Notes: generated by a model from the letters alone, not told the origin. Shown: positions 18,004 to 31,733, counted from the stretch's first letter. The stretch is 64,000 bases of DNA from an uncultured Spirochaetota bacterium (GCA_963734495.1 CAVTHK010000015.1:1-64000); one strand, 5' to 3'. Translations and numbers: made by a program.

Positions 18004-19056
18004 ATGACAAGGCAAAGCCGACTCGCCCTCTTCCTGGGGCAGCGCTGGGCCGTCGTGTTCCTGATCGCCGAGATCGCCGCCTTCGCGGTCCTGGGGGCCG
18101 GGTTCTTCAGCCTCAACGGATTCCAGATCGTGCTGTTCTACGGCACCTCGCTGTTTCTCCTATCTACCGCGGAGACCTTTGTGATCGTCACGGGCGGGGT
18201 CGACCTGTCCGTCGGCTACCTCATGGGCTTCGCCACCATCGTGTCGGCCAAGATCGTCGCGGCGCTCAGCCGGGTGGGGGTGGCGCCGGCTTCGGCGATC
18301 CTGCTGGGCGTGCTGATCACCCTGGTGATCGGGCTTCTTCCGGGCCTCCTGAGCGGCCTGCTGGTGGGGACCCTGCGTGTGCCGGCCTTCCTGGCGACCT
18401 TCTCTACCGGCGGGATCATCTACGGGACCTCTCTGCTGATGATCGGGGGCGTGGCGGCCAAGGACGTGCCGATCCTGGCCAACGCCGTCGGCAACAGCTA
18501 CCTCGCGTACTACGTCAGGGGGGGAGGGTTCTCGCTGTTCGTTCGGCCGGAGGTGGCGCGCGGCACCCCCGTGCTGGAGCTCGTGCCGACCATGGTGGTG
18601 TTGACGGCGATCTTTGTCGCCATCGGCGCCTTCGTCCTCAAGCGCACCCGCTTCGGGCGCCACTCCTACGCCATCGGCGGCAACATCGATGCCGCCCTGC
18701 GGGCGGGCATCAACACCAGGCGCCATCTTCTGTTCAGCTATATGATCTCCGCGCTTTTCGCCAGTCTCGCGGGCATCATCTACATGCTGGAGTACGTGAC
18801 GGGCAAGGCTGACGCGGGGGTCTCCTTTCTCCTGGACTCGATCGTGGGCGTGGTGATCGGCGGGGCGAGCCTCTACGGGGGCAGCGGCACCGTCTGGGGC
18901 ACGATCCTCGGATGCCTGATCCTTTCGGTACTCGAGACCGGGCTGCGCATGTCAGGCGTGCAGACCTTCGACAAGTTCATCGCGGTCGGGGCGATCCTGA
19001 TTTTCGCGGTGCTGATCGACCAGTTCTTCCCGGAGCTGATCCACAAGGAGGACTAA
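18004..19056 (+). CDS. Sugar ABC transporter permease (RbsC type), second paralog
   Basis: FVIVTGGVDLSVG, TRFGRHSYAIGGN, VIGGASLYGGSG. Confidence 0.92.
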   Translation: MTRQSRLALFLGQRWAVVFLIAEIAAFAVLGAGFFSLNGFQIVLFYGTSLFLLSTAETFVIVTGGVDLSVGYLMGFATIVSAKIVAALSRVGVAPASAILLGVLITLVIGLLPGLLSGLLVGTLRVPAFLATFSTGGIIYGTSLLMIGGVAAKDVPILANAVGNSYLAYYVRGGGFSLFVRPEVARGTPVLELVPTMVVLTAIFVAIGAFVLKRTRFGRHSYAIGGNIDAALRAGINTRRHLLFSYMISALFASLAGIIYMLEYVTGKADAGVSFLLDSIVGVVIGGASLYGGSGTVWGTILGCLILSVLETGLRMSGVQTFDKFIAVGAILIFAVLIDQFFPELIHKED

Positions 19057-19808
19057 TGGCGTACCTGCTCGAGGTGCGAAACGTCGTCAAGCGCTTTGGC
19101 GGCCTCACGGCCGTGGACAATGTGAGCATGGGCGTGAACGCCGGGGAGGTCGTCGGGCTCCTTGGGGACAACGGCGCCGGGAAGTCCACCCTCATCAAGG
19201 TCATCTCAGGCGTCTACCGGGCTGACGAGGGTGAGATCTTCTACAAGGGCGAGGAGGCTCACATCGAGACACCTATGGACGCCCTGGCCATGGGGATCGA
19301 GACTATCTATCAGGACCTGGCTCTCGCCGAGAACCTGGACACCTCCGCCAACATTTTCCTGGGCCGCGAAAGGATGAAGAAGTGGCTCGGCCTGATTCCG
19401 GTGCTGGATCTCGAAGCGATGCGCGTCGAGAGCCGCAAGGTGCTGGAAAAGCTCGACATCGAGATCCCGTCTCTCAAGAATCGCATCCGCGCGCTTTCCG
19501 GAGGCCAGCGCCAGGCGGTGGCCATCTCGCGCTCGATCTACTGGGACGCCAAGTTCATCATCATGGACGAGCCGACCGCGGCCCTCGGAGTCGCGGAGCA
19601 GAAGAAGGTCCTGGAGACGGTGAACCTGCTCAAGTCCCACGGGATCGGGGTCATCGTGATCAGTCACCAGATGCACGACGTCTTCTCCGTAGCGGACCGC
19701 CTGGTGATCATGCGCCGCGGCCGCAAGGTGGCCGAGCGCCTGACGAGGGAGACGAACGCCGACGAGATCGTGAGCCTGATCGTCGGAGCGGAGACGGTCG
19801 AGAAATAG
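19056..19808 (+). CDS. Sugar ABC transporter ATP-binding protein (single NBD)
   Basis: GDNGAGKST, LSGGQRQ, IIMDEPTAALG, ISH. Confidence 0.94.
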   Translation: MAYLLEVRNVVKRFGGLTAVDNVSMGVNAGEVVGLLGDNGAGKSTLIKVISGVYRADEGEIFYKGEEAHIETPMDALAMGIETIYQDLALAENLDTSANIFLGRERMKKWLGLIPVLDLEAMRVESRKVLEKLDIEIPSLKNRIRALSGGQRQAVAISRSIYWDAKFIIMDEPTAALGVAEQKKVLETVNLLKSHGIGVIVISHQMHDVFSVADRLVIMRRGRKVAERLTRETNADEIVSLIVGAETVEK

Positions 19809-19833
19809 GGCCAGAGGGGGTCGGCCGGCGCGA

Positions 19834-23381
<3,548 letters not shown>

Positions 23382-23424
23382 TCGGGAGCCTGTCGGACTT
23401 GCGAAGGCCGAGGAAGCAAGTTGC

Positions 23425-23454
23425 TTGACGCCCGTTCCCGCTCTCGGGCAGACT
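23425..23454 (+). promoter_or_regulatory. Candidate sigma70-type promoter for small ORF
   Basis: TTGACG-N18-CAGACT. Confidence 0.45.
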
Positions 23455-23486
23455 GAGCGCCGCTGATCGACTCAGGGAGGGAAACC

Positions 23487-23633
23487 GTGTCGGAGAGAAA
23501 TGGTGACAAGGCCCGGTTCGGGCGAGAACGCAAGAAGAAAGCGCTGCATCGGCAGCGCCTTCACCAATTGCTGACCGCGGCGAAGACGAAACAACCCGCG
23601 CCCGCGGGCGCCAGGAAAGCCAAAGAGAAATAA
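23487..23633 (+). CDS. Small basic hypothetical protein, 48 aa (below ORF-track cutoff)
   Basis: AGGGAGG SD, GTG start; MSERNGDKARFGRERKKKALHRQRLHQLLTAAKTKQPAPAGARKAKEK*. Confidence 0.65.
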   Translation: MSERNGDKARFGRERKKKALHRQRLHQLLTAAKTKQPAPAGARKAKEK

Positions 23634-23721
23634 GACGACGCCGCTCGCCGCGGCGGGAACGGCGGGCCGGCGCAGAAACTGGCCGTCGCCGCCGTCGCTG
23701 ACGGCGCCGCGGTTCGAGCGC

Positions 23722-23738
23722 CTTCATGATTTCTTCAT
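23722..23738 (+). promoter_or_regulatory. Candidate OmpR/PhoB-family tandem box
   Basis: CTTCAT-GATTT-CTTCAT (11-bp period) ~70 bp upstream of the FMN-binding gene. Confidence 0.45.
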
Positions 23739-23809
23739 CCCGCTGCTGCACCTTCGCGTTCGGAGGGCAACGCGCGCACAACGCGCCTTGCCCCGAAGGA
23801 GCAGAATCG

Positions 23810-24203
23810 ATGACGGGTTTCAAGAAGTTCGCCGCCGCCGCCGCGATCGTCGCGGCCGTGGGTGCCGGCGGGTATGCTTCCGCTGGCCCGCGCGGCCGAT
23901 CAGGCCCCGGCGGCCCCGGCACTCAAGGACGGCACCTGGAAGGGCCCCAGGGTGCACACGTTCTACGGATTCGTGCAGGTCGACGCGGTGGTGTCGGAAG
24001 GCGCGCTCAAGGACGTCCAGGTCGGTGAGTACCCGGCTCACGACGGCACCTCCCGCCGGATCAACTCGATCGCGGTGCCCTACCTGGTCAAGTCGGCGGT
24101 CTCGGCGGGAAGCGCGCAGATCGACACGATCTCGGGCGCGACGATCACGAGCACCGCGTTCGTCAAGTCGCTCGACCAGGCGCTGTCGGAGGCGTGCAGA
24201 TGA
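23810..24203 (+). CDS. Extracytosolic FMN-binding (FMN_bind) domain protein (frameshift ~23880)
   Basis: Signal/anchor MTGFKKFAAAAAIVAAVGAG; DGTWKG..YGFVQV..INSIAVPYL..IDTISGATITS flavinylation motif. Confidence 0.88.
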
Positions 24204-25795
24204 GCGTGGCCGCTTCCGCACCTTCCCGCGCCGTCGGCTCCCGGACCCTCGCCCTGCCGCGTCTGGCCGGCATCGCGGCGCTGCTGGACCGGACGTCCAT
24301 GTACCGGCTGCTGCTGTACTACCTGGCGGGACTCCTCGCGGCCGCGATCGCGCTGAGCGGGTTCGGGCTGCTGTCCGCCTCGCCGCTGGACATCGCCGCG
24401 ACGATCCTCGTGCTGCTGGCGGCGAGCGTGCCGACCCAGCTGCTGCTCGCGCGGCTGTTTTCCGTGCCTTCGTCGCTCGAGCCGACCCTCATCACGGCCC
24501 TGATCCTGGCGCTGATCGCGAGCCCGGTTCCGCTGCTGACGAAGCCGCTGCAGGCTCTCCCGCTCGCCTTTGCCGGCTTCGCGGCCGTAGCATCGAAGTT
24601 CCTGATCGCCCCCAAAAAGCAGCACATCTTCAACCCGGCGGCATTCGGCATCTACGTCGCGGGCATGCTCTTCCACGAGTACTCGACGTGGTGGGTGGGC
24701 AGCGCGGCCCTGCTGCCGTTCGTGGCGCTCGGCGGCCTCCTGGTCGTCCGCAAGGTCGGCCGGCTGCGGATCGTCGGGCTGTTCCTCGCGGCGTTCACGG
24801 CGTTCCTCACCGGCTTCACGCTGCTGCAGGGCGTAGGCTTCAGCGACGCCGTCGCCGGCGTCGGGTTCGTGTTCCTGCGCACGGAGCTCGTGTTCTTTGC
24901 GGTCGTGATGCTCACGGAGCCGATCACTTCGCCCAAGCGGTTCGTCCCGCAGGCGCTGCACGCCTCGCTCGTCGCGCTGCTCATGCTGCCGCAGCTCACG
25001 GTGCTCGGAGTGACGTTCTCGCCCGAGGCGGCGCTGCTGGTGGGCAACCTGTTTTCGCGGATCGTGAGCCGCAGCCGCCGCTTCGTGCTCCCGTTCCGCG
25101 GCAGGCAGATGCTGGCCCGGGGCGTGTATACCTTCAATTTCGATATCCCGTCCGGGTTCCGCTATCGCACGGGCCAGTACATGGAGTGGGTGCTTGCTCT
25201 TGCGAAGGGCGACAGCCGCGGCAACCGTCGCTCCCTCACGATCTCCTCGGCGCCGACGGAGCCCGTGCTTTCGTTCGCCGTGCGCGTCCCCGAACGGCCC
25301 AGCGCGTACAAGCGCGCCCTCATGGAGATGGAGCCGGGCGCCACGATCGTCGCGGCGGAGCTTTCCGGCGACTTCGTTCTCCCGGCAGCGGCCGGCCGGC
25401 CGCTCGTGCTGATCGCGGGCGGGATCGGCATCACGCCCTTTCGCTCGATGCTCAGGGATCTCGTCGACCGGCGCGAGCGGCGCGACGTCACCTTGATCTA
25501 CTCGACCTTCGGGCCGGAGGAGATCGCATTCCGCGACGACCTCGAGCAGGCGAGGCGCGACCTGGGAGTCAAGGTGGTTTATACTCTGACCGATCCCGAC
25601 CGGGTGCCGCCGGGCTGGAACGGGCGGGTCGGATTCGTGGATGCGCGGCTCATCGCCGAGGAGGTCGCCGACTACGGGCGCAGCCTCTTCTACATCTCGG
25701 GTCCGCCGGCGATGATCAAGGGAGTCAAATCCGAGCTGCGGGCGCTCGGGGTGCGGAGGATAAAGACGGACTTCTTTCCCGGCTACTCCGTGTAG
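24200..25795 (+). CDS. RnfD/NqrB-like membrane domain fused to FNR-type FAD/NAD(P)-binding oxidoreductase
   Basis: KQHIFNPAAFG and MLTEPITSP (RnfD/NqrB-like); RRSLTISSAP, LIAGGIGITPFRSML, YISGPPAMI (FNR-like). Confidence 0.85.
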   Translation: MSVAASAPSRAVGSRTLALPRLAGIAALLDRTSMYRLLLYYLAGLLAAAIALSGFGLLSASPLDIAATILVLLAASVPTQLLLARLFSVPSSLEPTLITALILALIASPVPLLTKPLQALPLAFAGFAAVASKFLIAPKKQHIFNPAAFGIYVAGMLFHEYSTWWVGSAALLPFVALGGLLVVRKVGRLRIVGLFLAAFTAFLTGFTLLQGVGFSDAVAGVGFVFLRTELVFFAVVMLTEPITSPKRFVPQALHASLVALLMLPQLTVLGVTFSPEAALLVGNLFSRIVSRSRRFVLPFRGRQMLARGVYTFNFDIPSGFRYRTGQYMEWVLALAKGDSRGNRRSLTISSAPTEPVLSFAVRVPERPSAYKRALMEMEPGATIVAAELSGDFVLPAAAGRPLVLIAGGIGITPFRSMLRDLVDRRERRDVTLIYSTFGPEEIAFRDDLEQARRDLGVKVVYTLTDPDRVPPGWNGRVGFVDARLIAEEVADYGRSLFYISGPPAMIKGVKSELRALGVRRIKTDFFPGYSV

Positions 25796-25874
25796 CCTGC
25801 GTGCGGCGTGCGTGGGGCAGGGAGGACCAAGGGCGTCCCTCTGCCGCACGGGCAGAAAAGAAGAGGGAAGTGAC

Positions 25875-26582
25875 TTGGTCAAATTGAAGGAAAGTGTCAC
25901 CGCGGCGGCCCTGCTTGCGTTCTGCGCCGTAGGTTTTGCCGCCCCTGCCGCCCCGGCCGCCAGCGCCTCCGCCGCGGGCGCCGCGCGCGTCGTGCCGGCG
26001 GAGCAGGGTGCGTCGATAGCCGGCCGGCTGCTTCTCGTGAGCTATCCGGGGATTCCGATCGCGGAAACGCTGCCCCTGGCCTTGGAGAGCCGGCTGTCGG
26101 GCCAGGCTCTACCCGACTTCGGCCCGCCCGCCTCGCGCATGGACTCCGTTACGATCCCCGGCATCGCGGCGCGCAACAAGCTCGCGGACACTGCCCACTG
26201 GCTGCTGGGCGCTGCGACCGTCGTAGCCGGCGGCGTCACCGGGCTGTTGGGCTCGGAAGCCGGTGACGATGGTGAAGGCGGCGGCGGGGGCGGGGGCGGC
26301 TCGCTTCACCACACGTTCGGGTACGTCACCGCCGGTCTCGCCGCGGCCACGCTCCTGTCCGGCTTGTGGGCGCACCACGGCGACGTGGGCGTGTCGGACG
26401 GCCTGAGCGCAGCCAACGTGCACGCGCTGCTGGGCATCACCGGCGGCCTCATGATTGTGGCGACGCCGTTCGTGGCCGACGCCGGCGGAGGCGGCGACGA
26501 CGGCGGCGGGGGCCACGCCGCGCTGGGGATGGGCGGCGAGCTGCTCATGGGCATCGCAGTGGTCTGGCCGCTCGTATTCTGA
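25875..26582 (+). CDS. Hypothetical membrane protein with four His-bearing helices (cytochrome b561-like?)
   Basis: Signal peptide, then TAHWLLG / LHHTFG / VHALLG / GHAALG each opening a hydrophobic helix; Gly/Asp-rich loops. Confidence 0.6.
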   Translation: MVKLKESVTAAALLAFCAVGFAAPAAPAASASAAGAARVVPAEQGASIAGRLLLVSYPGIPIAETLPLALESRLSGQALPDFGPPASRMDSVTIPGIAARNKLADTAHWLLGAATVVAGGVTGLLGSEAGDDGEGGGGGGGGSLHHTFGYVTAGLAAATLLSGLWAHHGDVGVSDGLSAANVHALLGITGGLMIVATPFVADAGGGGDDGGGGHAALGMGGELLMGIAVVWPLVF

Positions 26583-26604
26583 GGTCGTGATTCTGAGGTC
26601 GTGA
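26576..26604 (+). repeat. 14-nt perfect tandem duplication over the stop codon
   Basis: ATTCTGAGGTCGTG-ATTCTGAGGTCGTG-A. Confidence 0.85.
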
Positions 26605-26693
26605 GGCGCGCCGGCGGGGAGGCGCGACCGCGGAGGGCGGCGCACGGGGAGGACCCGGCATCGCCCGCATGCGAAACAAAAGGAGAGACGGAG

Positions 26694-27455
26694 ATGAGGA
26701 ACAACGAGATGCGGCGGAAGCTCCTGAGGGGCGAGGCCGCGATCGGCATAGGCTCCAGCCTGAACACGCCGCTGGCGGCGGAGACTCTCGCGCTGGCGGG
26801 CTTCGACTTCGTGCTCATCGACAATCAGCACGGAGCCTGGGACGACGAGACGAACGTCGCGGGCTTTCGCAGCGTCTGCCTGGGCGGGGCGACGCCGGTG
26901 ATTCGCGTGCAGAAAAACGACTACGCCACGATCGGGCGGGCGCTGGACCGGGGTGCGCTCGGCATCGTCGTCCCGATGGTCAACTCCAGGGCCGAGGCCG
27001 AGGCGGCCGCCTACGCGATGCGGTTCCCGCCGAAGGGCGGCCGCTCGATGGGACCGTTCGGCGCGGACTTCCACGGCGGCGACTACGCCGCGCGCGCCAA
27101 CGACGAGGTCTACCTCGGCGTCCAGATCGAGACCGCCGTTGCCGTCGATCGGGCCGAGGAAATCCTCTCCGTCGCCGGCGTGGACGGCTGCTGGGTCGGA
27201 CCGGCGGACCTCGGGCTGACCATGGGCGTCGACCTGACCACGGCGGCGGGCAGGGCGAAGCACGAGGCCGCCATCCTGCGCGTGCTCGAGGCCTGCCGCA
27301 AGACCGGCAAGGTGCCGGGCATCGCGTGCACTCCGGACACCGCGGCCCGCTGGCTCGAGACCGGCTACCTGTTCGTCACCGTCGGCGCCGACTTCGCGTT
27401 CCTCAGGGCGAAAGCGGAGGAAGTGCTGGCAAGCCTCAAGCGCCGGAAAGTCTGA
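26694..27455 (+). CDS. HpcH/HpaI (GarL/RhmA-like) class II aldolase
   Basis: GFDFVLIDNQHG, RALDRGALGIVVPMVNS, RFPPKGGRS, VQIET, WVGPADL. Confidence 0.92.
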   Translation: MRNNEMRRKLLRGEAAIGIGSSLNTPLAAETLALAGFDFVLIDNQHGAWDDETNVAGFRSVCLGGATPVIRVQKNDYATIGRALDRGALGIVVPMVNSRAEAEAAAYAMRFPPKGGRSMGPFGADFHGGDYAARANDEVYLGVQIETAVAVDRAEEILSVAGVDGCWVGPADLGLTMGVDLTTAAGRAKHEAAILRVLEACRKTGKVPGIACTPDTAARWLETGYLFVTVGADFAFLRAKAEEVLASLKRRKV

Positions 27456-27592
27456 TCTCGATGGTGCTCTCGCAGCTCTCCGGGCGTCTTCGGCCCCGGC
27501 TGCGTCCCGGGCGCCGTTTCGGGTTATTATGGCTGGAGCTGCGGGCGACCGTCCGCGGGACGGCACCGACCCTGACGGGAAAGGAGCGCACC

Positions 27593-29397
27593 ATGGCGGG
27601 CAGAAAGACGAGAGGAACACGAAAGGTGAAGAAGGCCGCCGCCGCGCGGCCGCGCAGCGTCCGGGCAAAGGCCGCGCGAGCCGACAGGCGCGCCCGGCCC
27701 GCTCGAGCGCCGCGGGCGGCGGGGCGCTCGCGGCCGGCTGCCGCCCGCGCGAAGCCGGGGCCGAAGCTGGCGACGGCGCGGGTCGCGGTGGACGCCGGCA
27801 GGGGCGAGCCGCTGCGCCGCATCTGGCGCTACCTGGGCTACGACGAGCCCAACTACACGTACACCGAAAACGGCCGCGCGCTCCTGGCCAAGATGGGGTG
27901 CATGAACGACGCGCCATACTTTGTCCGCTGCCACTTCATCCTCTGCTCGGGCGACGGGACGGGCAGGCCCAAGTGGGGCTCGACCAACGTCTACACCGAG
28001 GATGCGTCCGGGACGGCCCGTGTACAGCTGGGACATCATCGACAGGATTCTCGACGCGATCCTCGAGACCGGCTGCACGCCTTTCGTGGAGCTCGGCTTC
28101 ATGCCCCAGGCGCTCACGACGGCGCCGGCGGGCATGCCGTATGACGACCCGCGCGCCGGCGGCTGGCGCTACCCGCCGCGGGACCACGAGAAGTGGAAGG
28201 GCCTCATCGCGGCGCTCGGCGAGCACTGCAGGCGCCGCTACGGCCTGAGCGCGAGGTGAGCCGCTGGTACTGGGAGCTGTGGAACGAGCCCGACATCTTC
28301 TACTGGCAGGGGGGAGTCGACGGTTACTGCCGCCTCTACGACTACACGGAGGCCGGCCTTCACTCCGTGCTGCCGCAGGCGATCCTGGGCGGGCCCGCCA
28401 CGACCAACCCGAGCCGCCCCCAGGCGGGCGAGTTCCTGCGCGGCGTTCCTCGAGCACTGCGCCGACGGCACCAACGCCGTCACCGGCGGCCGCGGCACGC
28501 GCCTCGATCTCGTGACGCTTCCACACCAAGGGCGGCGGCTACAAGGTCGACCATGCCGCCCCGAAGCAGACGCCGACGATGAACGCGCTGGTCGCGCACG
28601 CGGCCGAAGGCCTGCGCATCGTCTGCGCGGTTCCCCGCGTTTGCCGGGCTGGAGGTGAACCTCTCGGAGTGCGACCCCGACGGCTGGGCGGCGGGCAGCA
28701 AGCACGACAACCCGAACCTGAATTACCGCAACTCGGAGTACTACGCGAGCTACGTCGGGTGCACCGCCTGCAAGATGCTCGGACCTGGGGTCGCGGGGCG
28801 CCGCAACCGGATCGACGGCATGCTCACCTGGGCCTTCGAGTTCGAGGACCGGGAGTACTTCGAGGGGCTTGCGCACGCCTGAGCACCAACGGCATCGACA
28901 AGCCGGTGCTCAACGTCTTCCGCCTGTTGTCGCGGCTGGGCGGGACGCGGGTCGCGCTGGCCAGCGATCGCGCGCGCGACCCGCTCGCCAGCCCCGGCGG
29001 CGACTCTCCCGACAGTCCGCCTGACATCTCGGGGATCGCCGCCCGGGACCAGGGCGGCCGCGTGCAGGTCTTCCTGTGCAGCCACCATGACGACTGGGAC
29101 GTCAAGGCCGCCAGCCGCGTGGAAATCAGGGTTTCGGGCCTCGAGCCCGGGCTGAGATACCGCGCGGCCGTCACGACGGTCGACGACAAGACGGCGAGCT
29201 CGTACAGCGCCTGGGTGGCGATGGGCGAGCCTCAGAAGCCGAGCCGCGAGCAGAAGCAGGCGCTCGCCGAAGCGGCGCTGCTGCGGCCGCGAAAGCTCGC
29301 GGACGTGGTCGGGAGCAGGGCGGGGGGCTGCTCGGTCGAGCTCGTCCTCGCGAGCCATGCCGTATGCCTGGTCGAGCTGGAGCCGGTCCGCGGGTAG
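27593..29397 (+). CDS. Glycoside hydrolase family 39 (beta-xylosidase-like), several frameshifts
   Basis: IWRYLGYDEPNYTY, KWGSTNVYTED, PFVELGFMP, WYWELWNEPD (acid/base Glu), FHTKG, LSECDPDG, LTWAFEFE, TNGIDKPVLNVFRL. Confidence 0.87.
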
Positions 29398-29409
29398 GCT
29401 GCGGTTTCG

Positions 29410-29438
29410 TTGACATCTTGCGTCGGACCAAGCAGAAT
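29410..29438 (+). promoter_or_regulatory. Sigma70-type promoter of CUT1 ABC operon
   Basis: TTGACA-N17-CAGAAT. Confidence 0.55.
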
Positions 29439-29480
29439 GCGCCTGAGGCTGAGCCTCACGTCTCTCAGGAGGAGGGGTAG

Positions 29481-30774
29481 ATGACCAAGAGGAAGATAGC
29501 ATTCGTTCTCGCGGGGGCCCTGCTGGTGTGGGGCGCCGCGGCGAGCTTTGCGGAGGGTTCGAACGAAGGAACGGGGACGGCGACGGCCCAGAAGACCACG
29601 GTCCGCATGGCGACGTGGACCGCGGCGGCCAACCTTCCCATATGGCAGAAAGGCCCTCGACGTCTTTCAGGGCAAGAACCCTTCGATCCAGATGGTGATG
29701 GAGCACACGCCCGGCACCGCCTACTGGGACAAGCTGACGGTGGCCTATGCCGGAGGCACGCCGCCCGACATCATCTACACGGCGCCCGACACGGCGCAGC
29801 GGGTCGGGCACGCAGGGCATGCTGCTCGACCTGACGCCCTTCGTGAACCGCGACAAGACCGACATGTCGATGATCAACGCCGCGTCCGAGCAGCCGTACA
29901 AGTGGGACGGCAAGATGTGGGCCCTGGCGATCGTCAACGACACGCGCTACACGATCTACAACAAGACGCTGTTCAGGGCCGCCGGCCTCGCCGACCTGCC
30001 GCAGGTCTGGGATGACGCGAGCTTCACCATGGACGCCTTTCTCACCTACTGCCAGAAGCTGACGAACCCGTCCAGGCAGGAGTGGGGCTACGTGTTCGAG
30101 GGCAACGGCATCGGCCGCCCGGACCACGTGGCTGTTCGGCGCCGACTACTGGGACAACCAGGACAAGCCGACCAAGGCCGTCATGGACAGCCCGCAGGGG
30201 ATCGCCGGCCTGCAGTTCGTGCAGGACATGGTCTACCGCTACAAGGTGGCGCCGTCGACCTGCCGAGAACATGGGCGGCTCGGACCCGATGTTCCAGACG
30301 GGCAAGGTCGCGATGATCTGGGGCGGCTACAAGAGCGCGGCGGCGGTGCACAAGGACATCAAGGACTTCGAGTGGGACATCAGCACGATCGCGAAAGGCA
30401 CGCGGCGGATCTCGATCGTCAGCCCGCAGGCGTTCGCCATCATCTCGAAGTCCAAGGTGCCCGATCAGGCGTGGGCGTTCGTCAAGTTCGCCGGCTTCGA
30501 GGAAGGCCAGGAGATCCTCACCCAGAGCACGTCGATGCCGGCCAACCTCAAGATCGACTTCGACAAGGTCTCGCCGCTCAAGCCCTGGCAGAACAAGCTC
30601 CTCCAGGACGGGCTCAAGACGGGCCGGACCGAGATCCCGCACCCGAACGTCAAGCCCCAGATGATCACGATCATCAACGAGGAGATGGACCAGCTCATGG
30701 CGAAGAAGAAGACCGGCGAGCAGGCCGCCAAGGCCATGGCGAGCCGGATGAACGAGATCTTCGCCAAGCAGTAG
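29481..30774 (+). CDS. Carbohydrate ABC transporter substrate-binding protein (CUT1), frameshifted
   Basis: Signal ending FAEGSNE (spirochaete-type FAxGxxE); YWDKLTVAYAGGTPPDI, IYNKTLF, FQTGKVAM. Confidence 0.88.
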
Positions 30775-31733
30775 ATGTCGGGAGCTGACGGCAGCCGCCG
30801 GGGCGGTACCCCGGCGGCGCAGGCCCGCGCCCGCGCGGCCGCAACCGTCCCGAGCGCACCGAGGCGATCTGGTTCTATGTCCTGATCTCGCCGTGGCTGA
30901 TCGGGTTTCTGGTGTTCGCCCTCGGCCCGATCGTGTCGTCGCTGTACCTGAGCTTCACGCAGTACGACATGGCCAACCCGGCCAAGTGGATCGGGCTGGC
31001 GAACTACAAGCAGATGGCGGCCGACCCGCTGGTCTGGCAGTCGCTCAAGGTCACGGGCCTGTGGGTGTTAGGCGGGCTGCCGCTGCGGCTGGTGGTCGCC
31101 TTCTTCTTCGCGATCCTGATGAACCAGCGCATGCCCGCCAGCGGCTTCTTCCGCACCGTCTACTACCTGCCGTCGGTCGTCTCCGGCGTCGCGGTCGCGA
31201 TCGTGTGGATGTGGCTCCTGCAGCCGCAGTTCGGCATCGTGAACTGGTTCCTGCGCATGGTCGGCCTCGAGGGCCCGCGCTGGCTCGCGAGCCCGGACTG
31301 GGCCCTTCCCGGCTTCATCCTCATGAGCCTCTGGAACACCGGCGCGACGATGGTGATCTTTCTCGCGGGGCTGCAGGGCATCCCGACCGATTTCTACGAG
31401 GCGGCCGAGATCGACGGGGCGGGCAAGCCGCGGCAGTTCTTCGCGATCACGATCCCGCTGATGACGCCGGTGATCCTCTTCAACCTGGTCATGGGCATCA
31501 TCAGCGCCTTCCAGGTGTTCACGCAGGCCTTCGTGATGACCAACGGGGGCCCCGCCAACGCGACGCTCTTCTACATGCTGTACCTCTACCGCGTGGCCTT
31601 CCAGTACAGCCAGATGGGCTACGGCTCCGCGATGGCGTGGGTGCTGTTCCTGATCGTGCTCGTGCTGACCCTGCTCGTGTTCCGTTCCTCGGGACGCTGG
31701 GTCTACTACGAAGGCGGGGTCAAGGGAAGATGA
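30775..31733 (+). CDS. Carbohydrate ABC transporter permease (MalF-like)
   Basis: SPWLIGF, FFRTVYYLPSV, FLAGLQGIPTDFYEAAEIDGA (EAA loop), MGYGSAMAW. Confidence 0.92.
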
